From: a virus
DNA length: 64,000 nucleotides
IMG/VR virus record: IMGVR_UViG_3300042884_000193
Location: 1-64,000 of that record
Direction: 5' to 3' (one strand)
Shown: positions 20,001 to 29,111 of the stretch, piece after piece
How positions within the stretch are numbered: position 1 is the first letter of the stretch
Layout: the number at the start of each line of letters is the position of its first letter
Translations under genes and position numbers: made by a program
The notes under the pieces: model-generated
The model's database searches: none
What the model was told of the DNA's origin: nothing
What the model saw: only the letters and a program-made list of their open reading frames with translations

Positions 20001-23000
20001 AAGCAATTCTTCAAGTTGGTTTACAATCTTCTTGTAGTTGTTTTTACCACGTAATGCTGCTAATGATACTACAGGAACACCATCTAGTATCAAGTAGTTG
20101 TGGTCAAACTCAATAGTAAACATGCGCTTTTGTGATGACTTACCTTCAGTCTTGTACTCTCTATTTAGGTAGAGGTTAGCTTGGTTCATCATAGCATCCC
20201 CTGTAATACTTACAGCACCAATACCCAAAGATTGAAAACCTACACTATTCTCACTTAACTTTTTAATGTTATGTAAGATTTCAAAGATACGAGTAGGGCT
20301 AGTAGTCTTACCAATAGTACCATCTGCACGCAACTTATGATTATAGGTCATAACGTATTGCTCATATTTCTTAGCAATTGGTAATGCCGTTTGAGTTGTA
20401 ACAGGTCTGACAAAGTCAGAATAAGACATCAGGTCAAGTAAACCTTTAACAGAGTTTAAGAATTCATTCTCTACTCCTCTCATTCCTTTATCAGCCATAT
20501 ACACCTTTTCAGTAAGTGCGGCTTTAGCTACAGCGTATACTTGTTTCTGCTTTGGTTTAAGTGAGGCAATACCATCTTCCTCAACCAAATCAAGTATTTT
20601 ATTAAGGTACTTGATATCCAGTTTGAGGTCAGGCGAAAGAGTTTTCATTTCCTCAATATAGTTTTTATCAAACTCTCTTTGGAATGAAATGTTAGGGAAG
20701 TAACTAACCTGCTTATCTGTATCAAAGTCAGTACCTGATTTACCTACAACTTCCATAGGAAGAACTATAATAGGTCCCGCATTTTCATCAAGGAATTCAT
20801 ATACCTGTAAGTACTCAATAAAGTTTTCTTTAGCTGTAGGGATACGTACAGTAACTATAGTAATAAGATCCTCATACTTGGCTAACCATGACTCTTCTCT
20901 AATTAATTGATTAAGAGCTTGCAATCTTGTAATAGGTGCTTCACTTTCAGCTACTCTCTGGGTAGTCTCTTCCATCATAAGTAACTTCTTGAAGTCACCA
21001 TTTATACCCATTTTAGCTCCGGCTTTTGTAAAGTGACCGTCTTCTGTTATGTTATAAAACGGTAAGTCACCAGTACCTAGATACTTGAGTCTCTCTTCTT
21101 CAGTAGCATATCTAAGTTTCTTTTCTGCATAGTTTCTGGTAAATCCAGAGTTACTTACTTGTACCAACTGATCACCTTTAATTTTAGGTTTAATGAGTGA
21201 TTTATTAATCATGCTCATTAAAAGCTTTTCTATATCATCTGCACCAAAGCTCAAACTTAAATCACTATTGATTTTACCAGTCTTTGGATCATAAGATATG
21301 TCATTTATTATATGGCTTGGTAAACCGAGAACAGCTAGTTGATTTCTCAAAAACTCAACCATGCCTTTAGCATTATTGGTTTTATTGCCTTCTTCGTCTA
21401 TTACACCAAATCTTTTATATAGCTTTTCAGTATTAGCTGCAACAAGAGACAACAATGCTTTTTTGTAGCGATTAACTGCCACATACTTTGGTGACTCTTT
21501 CTCTTTTTGATTTTCCGTTAACTCACTCCAAGCTTTAATTCTATCAACAGGTTTACCATCAAACTTAAAGTCAACAGGTACACCATACTCATCCATATTA
21601 TTAATGATGGCTTTTCTCATCTGTGTAGCAAGGTTTGTCTTGCCTTTGTACTTGTCTGAGATTTCAGCCTGCTTCTTAAAATACTGTAAGAATAAAGTGT
21701 TAGGTGTGAATCTATAGTTCTCATCAACAAGAGCCAACTCTCTATTTTCTATATCGGAATAGAAAAGATCTGTTTTACCATTATTAGTGAAATGCATAAG
21801 CTTGCTACCTGATTCATATGTAGCAATATCCATATTCTGCTCTACCATTTTGTTATGAAGTACATTTAATTCTGTACCTTCAATAACATTAGGGATCAAT
21901 GGGAAGATCTCAAACTTAAGAAGTGCATTTAAAGGTAATCCGGTTCCTGATAAAGGACCATCATATTGCATCTTAAGGATAGGGAATATCTGTAAAAGAT
22001 CTGATCTAGATTCTGTAATGTACTCCTTCTTAAGTATCTTTTTATAAAGTGCTTCTTGCTCAGGGCTCCATTGATCAAGTTGATCACATAGACCTCTATA
22101 GAAGTCAAATGCTGCCCAACCTTGACCATCTCCCTCTTTCATATTACCATAGGCTTCATCAACCATTTCAGTAATTTCTGCAGTAAGCTGCTCCCTCAAA
22201 ACTGCTTGTTCCTCCTCACTAGCATCCTTATACATATCTAGTGCTTCAAGTGCTGCCATGTCATCACCCAAAATACTATTCAATATCATATCATAGTATA
22301 TTGACTTAATCTTAGCTTCTTTAAAAACAGCAAAAGTTGCTTGTTGACTGAATGGTTTAATAAATGTCGGCTCAACACCTACATACTTTACGCCATTATA
22401 AGTATAGTCAGCAAACCATGGAGAATCAACGTATGGCTTACTTAAGAAATCATTTAAATAGTCAAGACGCTCCTTACTAAGTATTGGGAATTTACCAGAT
22501 GATTGTGCTGGGGCATTACGTTTATGGAATTCATCTGACGCATTGTTAAATTGCGCAGCATCACCATGTATAATAACAGTAGTTTCTATATTATGTATGA
22601 GTGAGTTTGTCACATAAGCCAGCAATGCGGCTTGGTAAGCATCTTGGTCACTAACTTCTGATCTTATACCATTAGACAAAGCCTCATTCCTAACTGTATT
22701 AATAACATTAGGATCAATAAAAGGATTCTCATTAGGGTATAGCTTTGCTATGTCACCAATAAGAGCATTCTGCGTATTGGAGTATTGTCTGATCAAATAG
22801 CTTCTGATATCTTTTATTACATTGTCTGCAATGTCACCACCTTCTTCAGATTCTCTAAAGGCTATATCAGCCATAAGAGCATCTAGGCTTTCTCCAGATA
22901 AACCGTATAGTTTATCCTTTGTGGCATCAGTAAAAATATCATCAAATAAAGTAAATACTGTACCTCTATCATAGAAGGTATTTTTACCATCGTTTGCTAA

Positions 23001-26000
23001 TGCTTCAGGTGAGTTAGGGTTTTCTTTTAACCAGTTGATTCTATCTAATTCCGCAGCAGCATATCCTACAAAAATATTAACAACTTTATCTAATCCTCTT
23101 CCTTTAACAGCTGAATTACTAATAAACTCAGCCGGCGAAACATAAAACTTTCTGGTATTTGATTTTAGAATAACAGATGTAGGTTTACCCGCAGAACGAG
23201 TACCTTCACTAACACCTTTTAAAATTACAGTGATAAAGTCTTGTTGAAGTTTACTGTAATCATCAAGATCAATGTTAGCAAGACCCTCACCAATACCATC
23301 TTTAATAACAGCAGTTCCACCTAAAAGAGTAATATCAAGTCTAGCTTTTGTATCTACAAATGCCGATGCACGCTTTCTCTCACCCTCAATGCTATTGAAG
23401 TTAAAGAGGTCATTCATAAGAACTAATCTCTTAACCCAAGGGTTTCTTCTATAGTCAAACTCACTAAGATGTGGTTGAGCTATAGTCTCACCATAGGTAT
23501 CAAAGCTATTCAGACCTCTTATTTTAACAGTAAGTGTACTGTTTCTCATAAACTCAGATTGAGCATTTCCATCAGGGCGTAAAGCCATGAAGTCAGATCT
23601 GTCCTCTGTGTATTTAAGATGCAGTCCTTGGATATTACTATATATAGTAGCAAGGCTTTTACCATCCTTTTGTTTAGGATTAACAACAGCATCTATACTT
23701 GAGACAAATTTTACATTATTCTCAATTAAGAATTCTAGATTGTTTAAAAAGTCTTTAACACGGCCGGTATTAAAGCGACCATTACTTTGAAGTCTTTCTC
23801 TTACTTGAGGTTTGTTAATTATATTAATCCCTAAAGCATGGAAAAATTCAATCTCACGTCCAAGATAATTGTTTTGGAACTCATCTAATACAGCTTGAAC
23901 ATCAAGTTGGTTAGGTGCTCCAATAGTTTCTTTAATATAAGGATGATTTTTAACCTGTTGGAAGTAATCATCCCAGTCTCTAGCTGCAGCTTTAGAGCTA
24001 CTTGATGCTACACCAAAGGTAGCACCACCAGATGTAAATGTTTCTTTTTTAGTTTCCTCTTCTTTAGTCCCAATTAACTCAATAGTAAGAGCTTCTATAG
24101 GAGTTCTTATGTAATTGAAGTCAGTTACAAAGCTAGCCCACATCTTAGATACCCAAGGGTTTCTAGTCTCAGGGTCACCTAACTTTTTCAAAAGCTGGAA
24201 TAAAAACGGAAAGTCTCCCGCTTGACTAGCTAACTGTGATCTAAATACAGACTCACTTGGATCTAAGTTATCTAAAACTTGAGATAGTTTGTTCCATACA
24301 TAGTCAAAGTCTACAAGCTTGGGAAATCCTAAATAGTCTTTCTCATACTCATACTCAGTTTCTCCAGTCTTAGTATTGACTTTTGGATCCTCGTACTTCT
24401 GAGTCTTGCTGTTATACTTAGGTTGTAGTAAACTCTCTACTAAGTAAATAGTTCTAGCATGTGCTTGCTCATAGATGGTATTCTCATTACCTGTAAGGTC
24501 ATATGTCTTGTTCTTTTCAGCAACAAACACAGTCTCATCTAGATCATCTTCTTGATCTAGCATTTTCTGATAAGCTAAGAATGATCCATTATCTTCATAG
24601 TGTTTAACAAATCCATAGGTCTCTGACATATTATCTACGTCCCCGAAATTGTCAACTGTTGTTTTAAGAATATAAATCTGATGTTCAAGAGTAGCAAGCT
24701 TCATTTGATACTCATCATATCTAGGATTAGATGCATCAAGATTAAGATCTTTTATTGCTTTGTACTCATTAGCAATAGCATTAAGTCTTTTTGTAAATGC
24801 ATTTTTAATAAACTTGTAAGTCTCTTTCTTAGAGTCTATAAGTAATTTTTGTGTATAAGCGCTTGTGTTAGAGTCAGCATTAAGCTTATCAATAAGACTT
24901 GATATAACAGAATTAGCTGATAGCATGACCATATCGGTCTCTGAATCATTTAAAACAGCATCACCCGTCGCAGAAATAATACTCTTTTCAAGTATCTCAG
25001 ATGAGACATTGGCATTATCAGCAGTGTATTTAGAGATATCACCAAGAGCAAGCTTTTGGAAGATCTCATTAATCAACGGTAATGATGTATCATAAGTAAG
25101 TACATCCTTGTAGGTTGCACCTCTTCTAAATAGCTTCTGAATAAAATCAAATATCTTTTTAAAAATGCTACGTGCAGCTCTACGCTCAATCTCCACTTTA
25201 CCATTAGAGATCATATAAGCACGAAACTCCTCTGCCAAGTATTCATCTAACTCTCTTTCTGTAGCTTCTCCAAATGTTTTAGTCTGGCCTTTATATGTAG
25301 TAAACTTCTCGGTTGCTTTATTAACAGCAAGCTCTTTATATAAACTATTTCTTTGATTACGAGTCAAGAACTTTTGAGTAAATCCGTGATAAGCCTCGTG
25401 GAAAATATCAATCTTATCAGAACCGGCATAAAGATTAATAGCATTTCTTGTCCAGGTTGCAACTGCTTTAGAGTTAACAACATTGAACAATACATTTATC
25501 TTGAAGTGCTTATTCAAACCTGTCTGATTGTACCACTCTTCTACTAGTTCGACTTGCTCTTTAAACTCTTCTTCTGATGCAAACTCATTTTTGTTAAGCA
25601 CCTTTTGTGCAAATGCTTTCTCAAGACCTTTTCTTTTGATTTGGTTGAACAAGTCATCCTCATCTTCAATGCTGTCATCAGCTGGACTAAAGAAGTCAGG
25701 AATAGCACCAAAGTCAATATTACTAGTTTCTACTGCAGGTTGTTCTCCAATTTTAATATTTTGATCAGCTTTGATAGAAAAAGTAATATATGGGTTCTTA
25801 CCTCTGATTTTTCCTTCAGCATCCAAACCAGCCTGTACACTGAAGTTATCTTTAATCCACTCACTATAATCTAAGTTGGTTGGTACAATAGCATAGCGAC
25901 CACTGCCATCATCTTGTAAAGTATAATCAAAAAATTGAGTAGGATCTACAAGTTTCTTCTTATCTATATTAAGAATAACTTTCTTATTATTTCTTAGAGG

Positions 26001-27560
26001 TGTCGTAAGGTAATTCTTAATAGCCGCGATTGTTTGTTCTTTAGTAAGAGTTTGTCTTCCGGTAGTACCAAGAGTAACATTGTATTGATCATCTTCTACC
26101 TTAGTTACAGTAAACTCATTAGGCATTGTGTAAATAAAGTTCTTGATTAGTTTCTGCTTATCAAGTGTTTTAATAGTCTCAGACTCTGGATCATTCTGGT
26201 AGTATGTATCTTCTACTAAAGTTCTGGCAATTAAATCAACATACTTTGCAGGTACGCCATAGTTAAATAGATCAACAGTTCTATTGTTTCTTAATACTAA
26301 TTCAGCATTAGCAATTCTATTTACCTGACGAACCTCCACAGTTCTTACAATAAAAGGCTGACCATCTAAATTAATGTCACGGATTGGTGTCACCTTCTGA
26401 ATCTTGGTATCTATAAAACCTTCAGATACCCCAGTAATTTCATTTACAATAAAATGTTCTTTATGATTTTGGTTGACATAATCATTTATCTTTTCAGCAA
26501 GAGCTGTTTCAGAAGCATATCTATCCTTGAACAATATTTCTTCTGCTGATATTTCCTCATCAGTAACCGTTTGTCCTTGTAACTCTTTATTATAGATATA
26601 TCTTTTAAGATGGCTCTTTGTAGCTTCTTCTATGGACTGATATGTCTGTCTAAGCTCTCCTTTATATTTAGTCTGTCGCTTTCTGAATCTATAGTAAATT
26701 GCTTTACCTTTTTGTTCAGATGTTACATTATACTTAGCATCAAAGAAAAGAGGCTCCCCTAAAGAATTGGTAATCACTTGAACCTTATCAAAGTTTTCTT
26801 GATACTCCGGTGAACCAAATCTTTCATAAATTGAATCTGCAGGTAGTGCACCTAACCATTTAGTAGTTAAATAAATAGGTATTGATGTACCAGGCAAATA
26901 GACTTTACCATCTACAGTGTTGGCATAAGGTATTGAAGATGCAATGTGGCTGATAAAACCAGTATAAAATCTTTTATTAATATCTTCTTTTTCAGCAGGT
27001 TTATTTGTAGTAGGGTCAGTATAAGTCATTTCACTATTCATCATAGTGCTAAGTACTGTAAACGGCTTAGCCTCATAAGTAACGGCTGCTTTGATTAAAG
27101 CTACATAGTCATTAGTAAGACCTACTTCCTGAAAAGTTACAACCTGCTCAACTGCAGCATTAATAGCTGCAACATCCGGCTTTGGTTTAGACTGTAAAAC
27201 TACATCAGATAATACACGACTAACAGCCTCACCCATTGTCTCACCTGCTTGTGGAGTAATTGAACCAAAGGTTTCAGTCAGCTTAGCTAACTCAATGAAA
27301 TCCAATCCATTAGCGGCTAAGTAACCAAATAGAGGAACACTTGATCCAGCAGCCATTGCTACTGTTTTTGGTAGGTTCTTTACGATGTCAGCTGCCTTTC
27401 CCTCAAGACTTGGATCTTCCTTAATCTCATTACTTACCTCATCATAGACTTGCCCAATGTAATTACGCAAATTAAAAGGTTGACCAGCCTCCTTAACTAT
27501 AAGGAGATCAGCTTGTACCTTTTTAAAAAAATCTTCAGGTTTTTGTATCGGACAACTCAT
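17022..27560 (-). CDS. crAss-type virion RNA polymerase (double-psi beta-barrel), fused to an N-terminal zincin and C-terminal SLOG-like and macro-like domains
   Basis: 3512 aa. Catalytic GTDFDTDK (DFDTD at 20715-20729), upstream VRIPT and EGDGQG motifs, HEAYH at 25386-25400 followed by EYLAEEF. Confidence 0.9.
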   Translation of the reverse strand: MSCPIQKPEDFFKKVQADLLIVKEAGQPFNLRNYIGQVYDEVSNEIKEDPSLEGKAADIVKNLPKTVAMAAGSSVPLFGYLAANGLDFIELAKLTETFGSITPQAGETMGEAVSRVLSDVVLQSKPKPDVAAINAAVEQVVTFQEVGLTNDYVALIKAAVTYEAKPFTVLSTMMNSEMTYTDPTTNKPAEKEDINKRFYTGFISHIASSIPYANTVDGKVYLPGTSIPIYLTTKWLGALPADSIYERFGSPEYQENFDKVQVITNSLGEPLFFDAKYNVTSEQKGKAIYYRFRKRQTKYKGELRQTYQSIEEATKSHLKRYIYNKELQGQTVTDEEISAEEILFKDRYASETALAEKINDYVNQNHKEHFIVNEITGVSEGFIDTKIQKVTPIRDINLDGQPFIVRTVEVRQVNRIANAELVLRNNRTVDLFNYGVPAKYVDLIARTLVEDTYYQNDPESETIKTLDKQKLIKNFIYTMPNEFTVTKVEDDQYNVTLGTTGRQTLTKEQTIAAIKNYLTTPLRNNKKVILNIDKKKLVDPTQFFDYTLQDDGSGRYAIVPTNLDYSEWIKDNFSVQAGLDAEGKIRGKNPYITFSIKADQNIKIGEQPAVETSNIDFGAIPDFFSPADDSIEDEDDLFNQIKRKGLEKAFAQKVLNKNEFASEEEFKEQVELVEEWYNQTGLNKHFKINVLFNVVNSKAVATWTRNAINLYAGSDKIDIFHEAYHGFTQKFLTRNQRNSLYKELAVNKATEKFTTYKGQTKTFGEATERELDEYLAEEFRAYMISNGKVEIERRAARSIFKKIFDFIQKLFRRGATYKDVLTYDTSLPLINEIFQKLALGDISKYTADNANVSSEILEKSIISATGDAVLNDSETDMVMLSANSVISSLIDKLNADSNTSAYTQKLLIDSKKETYKFIKNAFTKRLNAIANEYKAIKDLNLDASNPRYDEYQMKLATLEHQIYILKTTVDNFGDVDNMSETYGFVKHYEDNGSFLAYQKMLDQEDDLDETVFVAEKNKTYDLTGNENTIYEQAHARTIYLVESLLQPKYNSKTQKYEDPKVNTKTGETEYEYEKDYLGFPKLVDFDYVWNKLSQVLDNLDPSESVFRSQLASQAGDFPFLFQLLKKLGDPETRNPWVSKMWASFVTDFNYIRTPIEALTIELIGTKEEETKKETFTSGGATFGVASSSSKAAARDWDDYFQQVKNHPYIKETIGAPNQLDVQAVLDEFQNNYLGREIEFFHALGINIINKPQVRERLQSNGRFNTGRVKDFLNNLEFLIENNVKFVSSIDAVVNPKQKDGKSLATIYSNIQGLHLKYTEDRSDFMALRPDGNAQSEFMRNSTLTVKIRGLNSFDTYGETIAQPHLSEFDYRRNPWVKRLVLMNDLFNFNSIEGERKRASAFVDTKARLDITLLGGTAVIKDGIGEGLANIDLDDYSKLQQDFITVILKGVSEGTRSAGKPTSVILKSNTRKFYVSPAEFISNSAVKGRGLDKVVNIFVGYAAAELDRINWLKENPNSPEALANDGKNTFYDRGTVFTLFDDIFTDATKDKLYGLSGESLDALMADIAFRESEEGGDIADNVIKDIRSYLIRQYSNTQNALIGDIAKLYPNENPFIDPNVINTVRNEALSNGIRSEVSDQDAYQAALLAYVTNSLIHNIETTVIIHGDAAQFNNASDEFHKRNAPAQSSGKFPILSKERLDYLNDFLSKPYVDSPWFADYTYNGVKYVGVEPTFIKPFSQQATFAVFKEAKIKSIYYDMILNSILGDDMAALEALDMYKDASEEEQAVLREQLTAEITEMVDEAYGNMKEGDGQGWAAFDFYRGLCDQLDQWSPEQEALYKKILKKEYITESRSDLLQIFPILKMQYDGPLSGTGLPLNALLKFEIFPLIPNVIEGTELNVLHNKMVEQNMDIATYESGSKLMHFTNNGKTDLFYSDIENRELALVDENYRFTPNTLFLQYFKKQAEISDKYKGKTNLATQMRKAIINNMDEYGVPVDFKFDGKPVDRIKAWSELTENQKEKESPKYVAVNRYKKALLSLVAANTEKLYKRFGVIDEEGNKTNNAKGMVEFLRNQLAVLGLPSHIINDISYDPKTGKINSDLSLSFGADDIEKLLMSMINKSLIKPKIKGDQLVQVSNSGFTRNYAEKKLRYATEEERLKYLGTGDLPFYNITEDGHFTKAGAKMGINGDFKKLLMMEETTQRVAESEAPITRLQALNQLIREESWLAKYEDLITIVTVRIPTAKENFIEYLQVYEFLDENAGPIIVLPMEVVGKSGTDFDTDKQVSYFPNISFQREFDKNYIEEMKTLSPDLKLDIKYLNKILDLVEEDGIASLKPKQKQVYAVAKAALTEKVYMADKGMRGVENEFLNSVKGLLDLMSYSDFVRPVTTQTALPIAKKYEQYVMTYNHKLRADGTIGKTTSPTRIFEILHNIKKLSENSVGFQSLGIGAVSITGDAMMNQANLYLNREYKTEGKSSQKRMFTIEFDHNYLILDGVPVVSLAALRGKNNYKKIVNQLEELLNGWVDVEKDAWIFYLNGVKTVAPVMIAMLQAGVALEDVAAFVNQPIIREYVRRMSILKSPFAFLSNIAPENANFFRVKSRKDMLISENAKNTLDYPIDLLKALELEPLSIDPKTGTKESSGKYSLGNLTYTFGRELIDNYNTESLFNKDTLNKKILNKSTEYGPEDYAVLFHFFEMEDVGKALAELKRNTNFDVKKESRLFATMQKDLLAKGMLEDARFNPEGLDHMINNSVISSFRIADVAKDLIGGLFGVREDKDFNDILIAEWSSIKSIDKNTYDDMEVTLNELKNQYIQFLLQNYLNDVDIDTIKEFKGLAVNNKLPVAEAAGLKSFGAYVLNGILYVSKESIKNNYATLVANHQDISNEQVRTAKIDTDLFSTEKEYQNFILNREILRSITDVDQLITTPEFKTRLIQKKKELRAQNSLTLNAPLEVKQLITDGSAGIGRLTMDLADRFGYQLDGYTGTGENLNDLAGFNIKGTDPKNVLRLNIELADACVIYGVADATKTKRAIEIINSRKIPYLLNPSAQQLRTFLSQGAHKKVNIISAAAATANELEQLNKVLGPALIPAEKEGAAAMREVYEEILRDRTLDQVFNIYKLFRGIPNGEASYAMQFEALKLKYPTLQEMYPLVDLLRASAIGKGLFSGANVLILKTRRPSKPLKEKLYQNFKELSNPTSIRLNIPYQEKEAIAKFFSRLPTVVLLATGISGKGENALWQFVDKGNLNPVLEEAVQAASGKTKKNIIREYITRFQQANSKSSFKSRRQFRSYMVDGTFNKMGAQTNSKATGIKESAVTFSAGNKYSINNLVSADIKKVFASQEEGNIFLYNGTTNPAWSLSTFNNVVGILNDVGTDNLIPMRTYNMVYNNDASFTDASYDTNVMMINEDIARIKNKIQELVDKGVRRESIRIFTPKTGLGQGMIGASDFTGGAMNKIKAKGTKTFLYLSEALAQLGVVNTNSDTVLKTDKPDVTPALNITDDMVLDIIEQRTCFKS

Positions 27561-27563
27561 TGT

Positions 27564-29111
27564 TTAACATCTAAGGGTTTTAATAAAATCATATCCAAAT
27601 TTACGCAAATTATCCATGTGTTCCATAACATCTTTAACAGCTTTAGCAACAGCCTCAGGATTGCTAAAGAACTTATCCATTACTGAATCACTTTCAGCAA
27701 TAATCTCAGTATACTCATCACTAACGTTTACAAAGTTAGGAGCAGTATCTCTTAACGGGAAGTACTCAGTCAGGATATCTTCTCTTTTCATAAGCATAAT
27801 ACCACCATTGGTTATAACGGTAAAGTTATCTCCATTACTTTTTACAACCATTCCTGTTACACCATCAGTTGATACAAAGTAAGAACCTTCATTAAGGTTC
27901 TCATTACCTATTACCTCATCAAATGGAGTACTTCTTGTTTCATATAAGTTAGTTAAAAACTGGAGTGTCACACCATTATCCTGGTATTCTTTTAAATTAT
28001 TAAAGTAGTCTAATAGCAAACCATTATATGTGCCACTTGTTTCATCAAAGGTTTTAGCTTTATCAAATAGACCTTCAACAGCAACTTGTGATCTAGTTTT
28101 AGATACAACTGGTTGAACTCCAGTATCTTGTGCTTTTTTCTCTTGTTCTAACTTTAATAGTCTTGCTGCTAGGGCATCTGAATTAGCACTTCTAGACTGA
28201 GCAGTCTCACGAGGACTAGGTAGCGCAGCAATAGACAATGACCCATTGCTCTGTATCAAAACAGGTTCTCCATTAGCATCTAATGCCTTGTTTATCTGTG
28301 ATGGGTTTAATACTTGGCTACGATCAAAAGTTACTACAAACCCATCAGAACTAGCGCTTTCTGAATAGATACCCAGGTAGCCTTTACTTTTAACATATTT
28401 AAAAAACTCATTCTGTATAGCAGCTATATTACCTTGTTTGACTATACGTGGATCTAAAGGTTCAGCTTTTTTAAGTATCCTGGTTCTGTAAATGTCCTTA
28501 AGTTCTCCCTGTGTTTTATTCAGGGTAATGTAAGTTCCACCACGATATTCATTATATGAATCTATATCTCTTTGTACAGCTGATCTTTCCGTACCCTCTT
28601 TATACACTTTTATATTTCCAACCATAGTACCATTGTTAGACTCAAGAGATCTAACAAACTCTTCTGGTGTTACATTAAATTTAGTTGGAATTGTTCTCTG
28701 AGTAGTGGGTATTCTAAGGTCTATTTTATTTTTTGTACCGCGCTCAAAATCTATAGCAAGTTCTCGATATTCTTCAGAAGCTGCTAGAAGATATTTACCT
28801 CGTGTATCAACAAATTGACTTGAGTCATAGTCTTCAGAAAAAGTCTCAGGCGCAGCTTGTGTAAAATAACTAAACTCACTATTGCTATACTTAGCGTCTG
28901 TTGAGTAAACACGTCTTACAGCACTCCACCCATTTGTTAAATTATTAGCTGCACGTGTATAAACTTTAAAGTAATCACGCTTTGCAGCAGGTGCATTATT
29001 GTCATATGCACGTAGCAAATCAAGATAAAGCTCAGATGGTTTACCGTTTGGTGCTGCAAAGTTTACAGGATTACCATTATCATCGTATATAAGGGCGCAG
29101 TTTACTGACAT
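27564..29111 (-). CDS. Virion cargo protein with degenerate ART-PolyVal-like domain
   Basis: 515 aa; APNGKPSELY N-terminus; SYFT, KGYLGI, VVTFDRSQV and LDANGEP motifs; Cys at both termini. Confidence 0.65.
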   Translation of the reverse strand: MSVNCALIYDDNGNPVNFAAPNGKPSELYLDLLRAYDNNAPAAKRDYFKVYTRAANNLTNGWSAVRRVYSTDAKYSNSEFSYFTQAAPETFSEDYDSSQFVDTRGKYLLAASEEYRELAIDFERGTKNKIDLRIPTTQRTIPTKFNVTPEEFVRSLESNNGTMVGNIKVYKEGTERSAVQRDIDSYNEYRGGTYITLNKTQGELKDIYRTRILKKAEPLDPRIVKQGNIAAIQNEFFKYVKSKGYLGIYSESASSDGFVVTFDRSQVLNPSQINKALDANGEPVLIQSNGSLSIAALPSPRETAQSRSANSDALAARLLKLEQEKKAQDTGVQPVVSKTRSQVAVEGLFDKAKTFDETSGTYNGLLLDYFNNLKEYQDNGVTLQFLTNLYETRSTPFDEVIGNENLNEGSYFVSTDGVTGMVVKSNGDNFTVITNGGIMLMKREDILTEYFPLRDTAPNFVNVSDEYTEIIAESDSVMDKFFSNPEAVAKAVKDVMEHMDNLRKFGYDFIKTLRC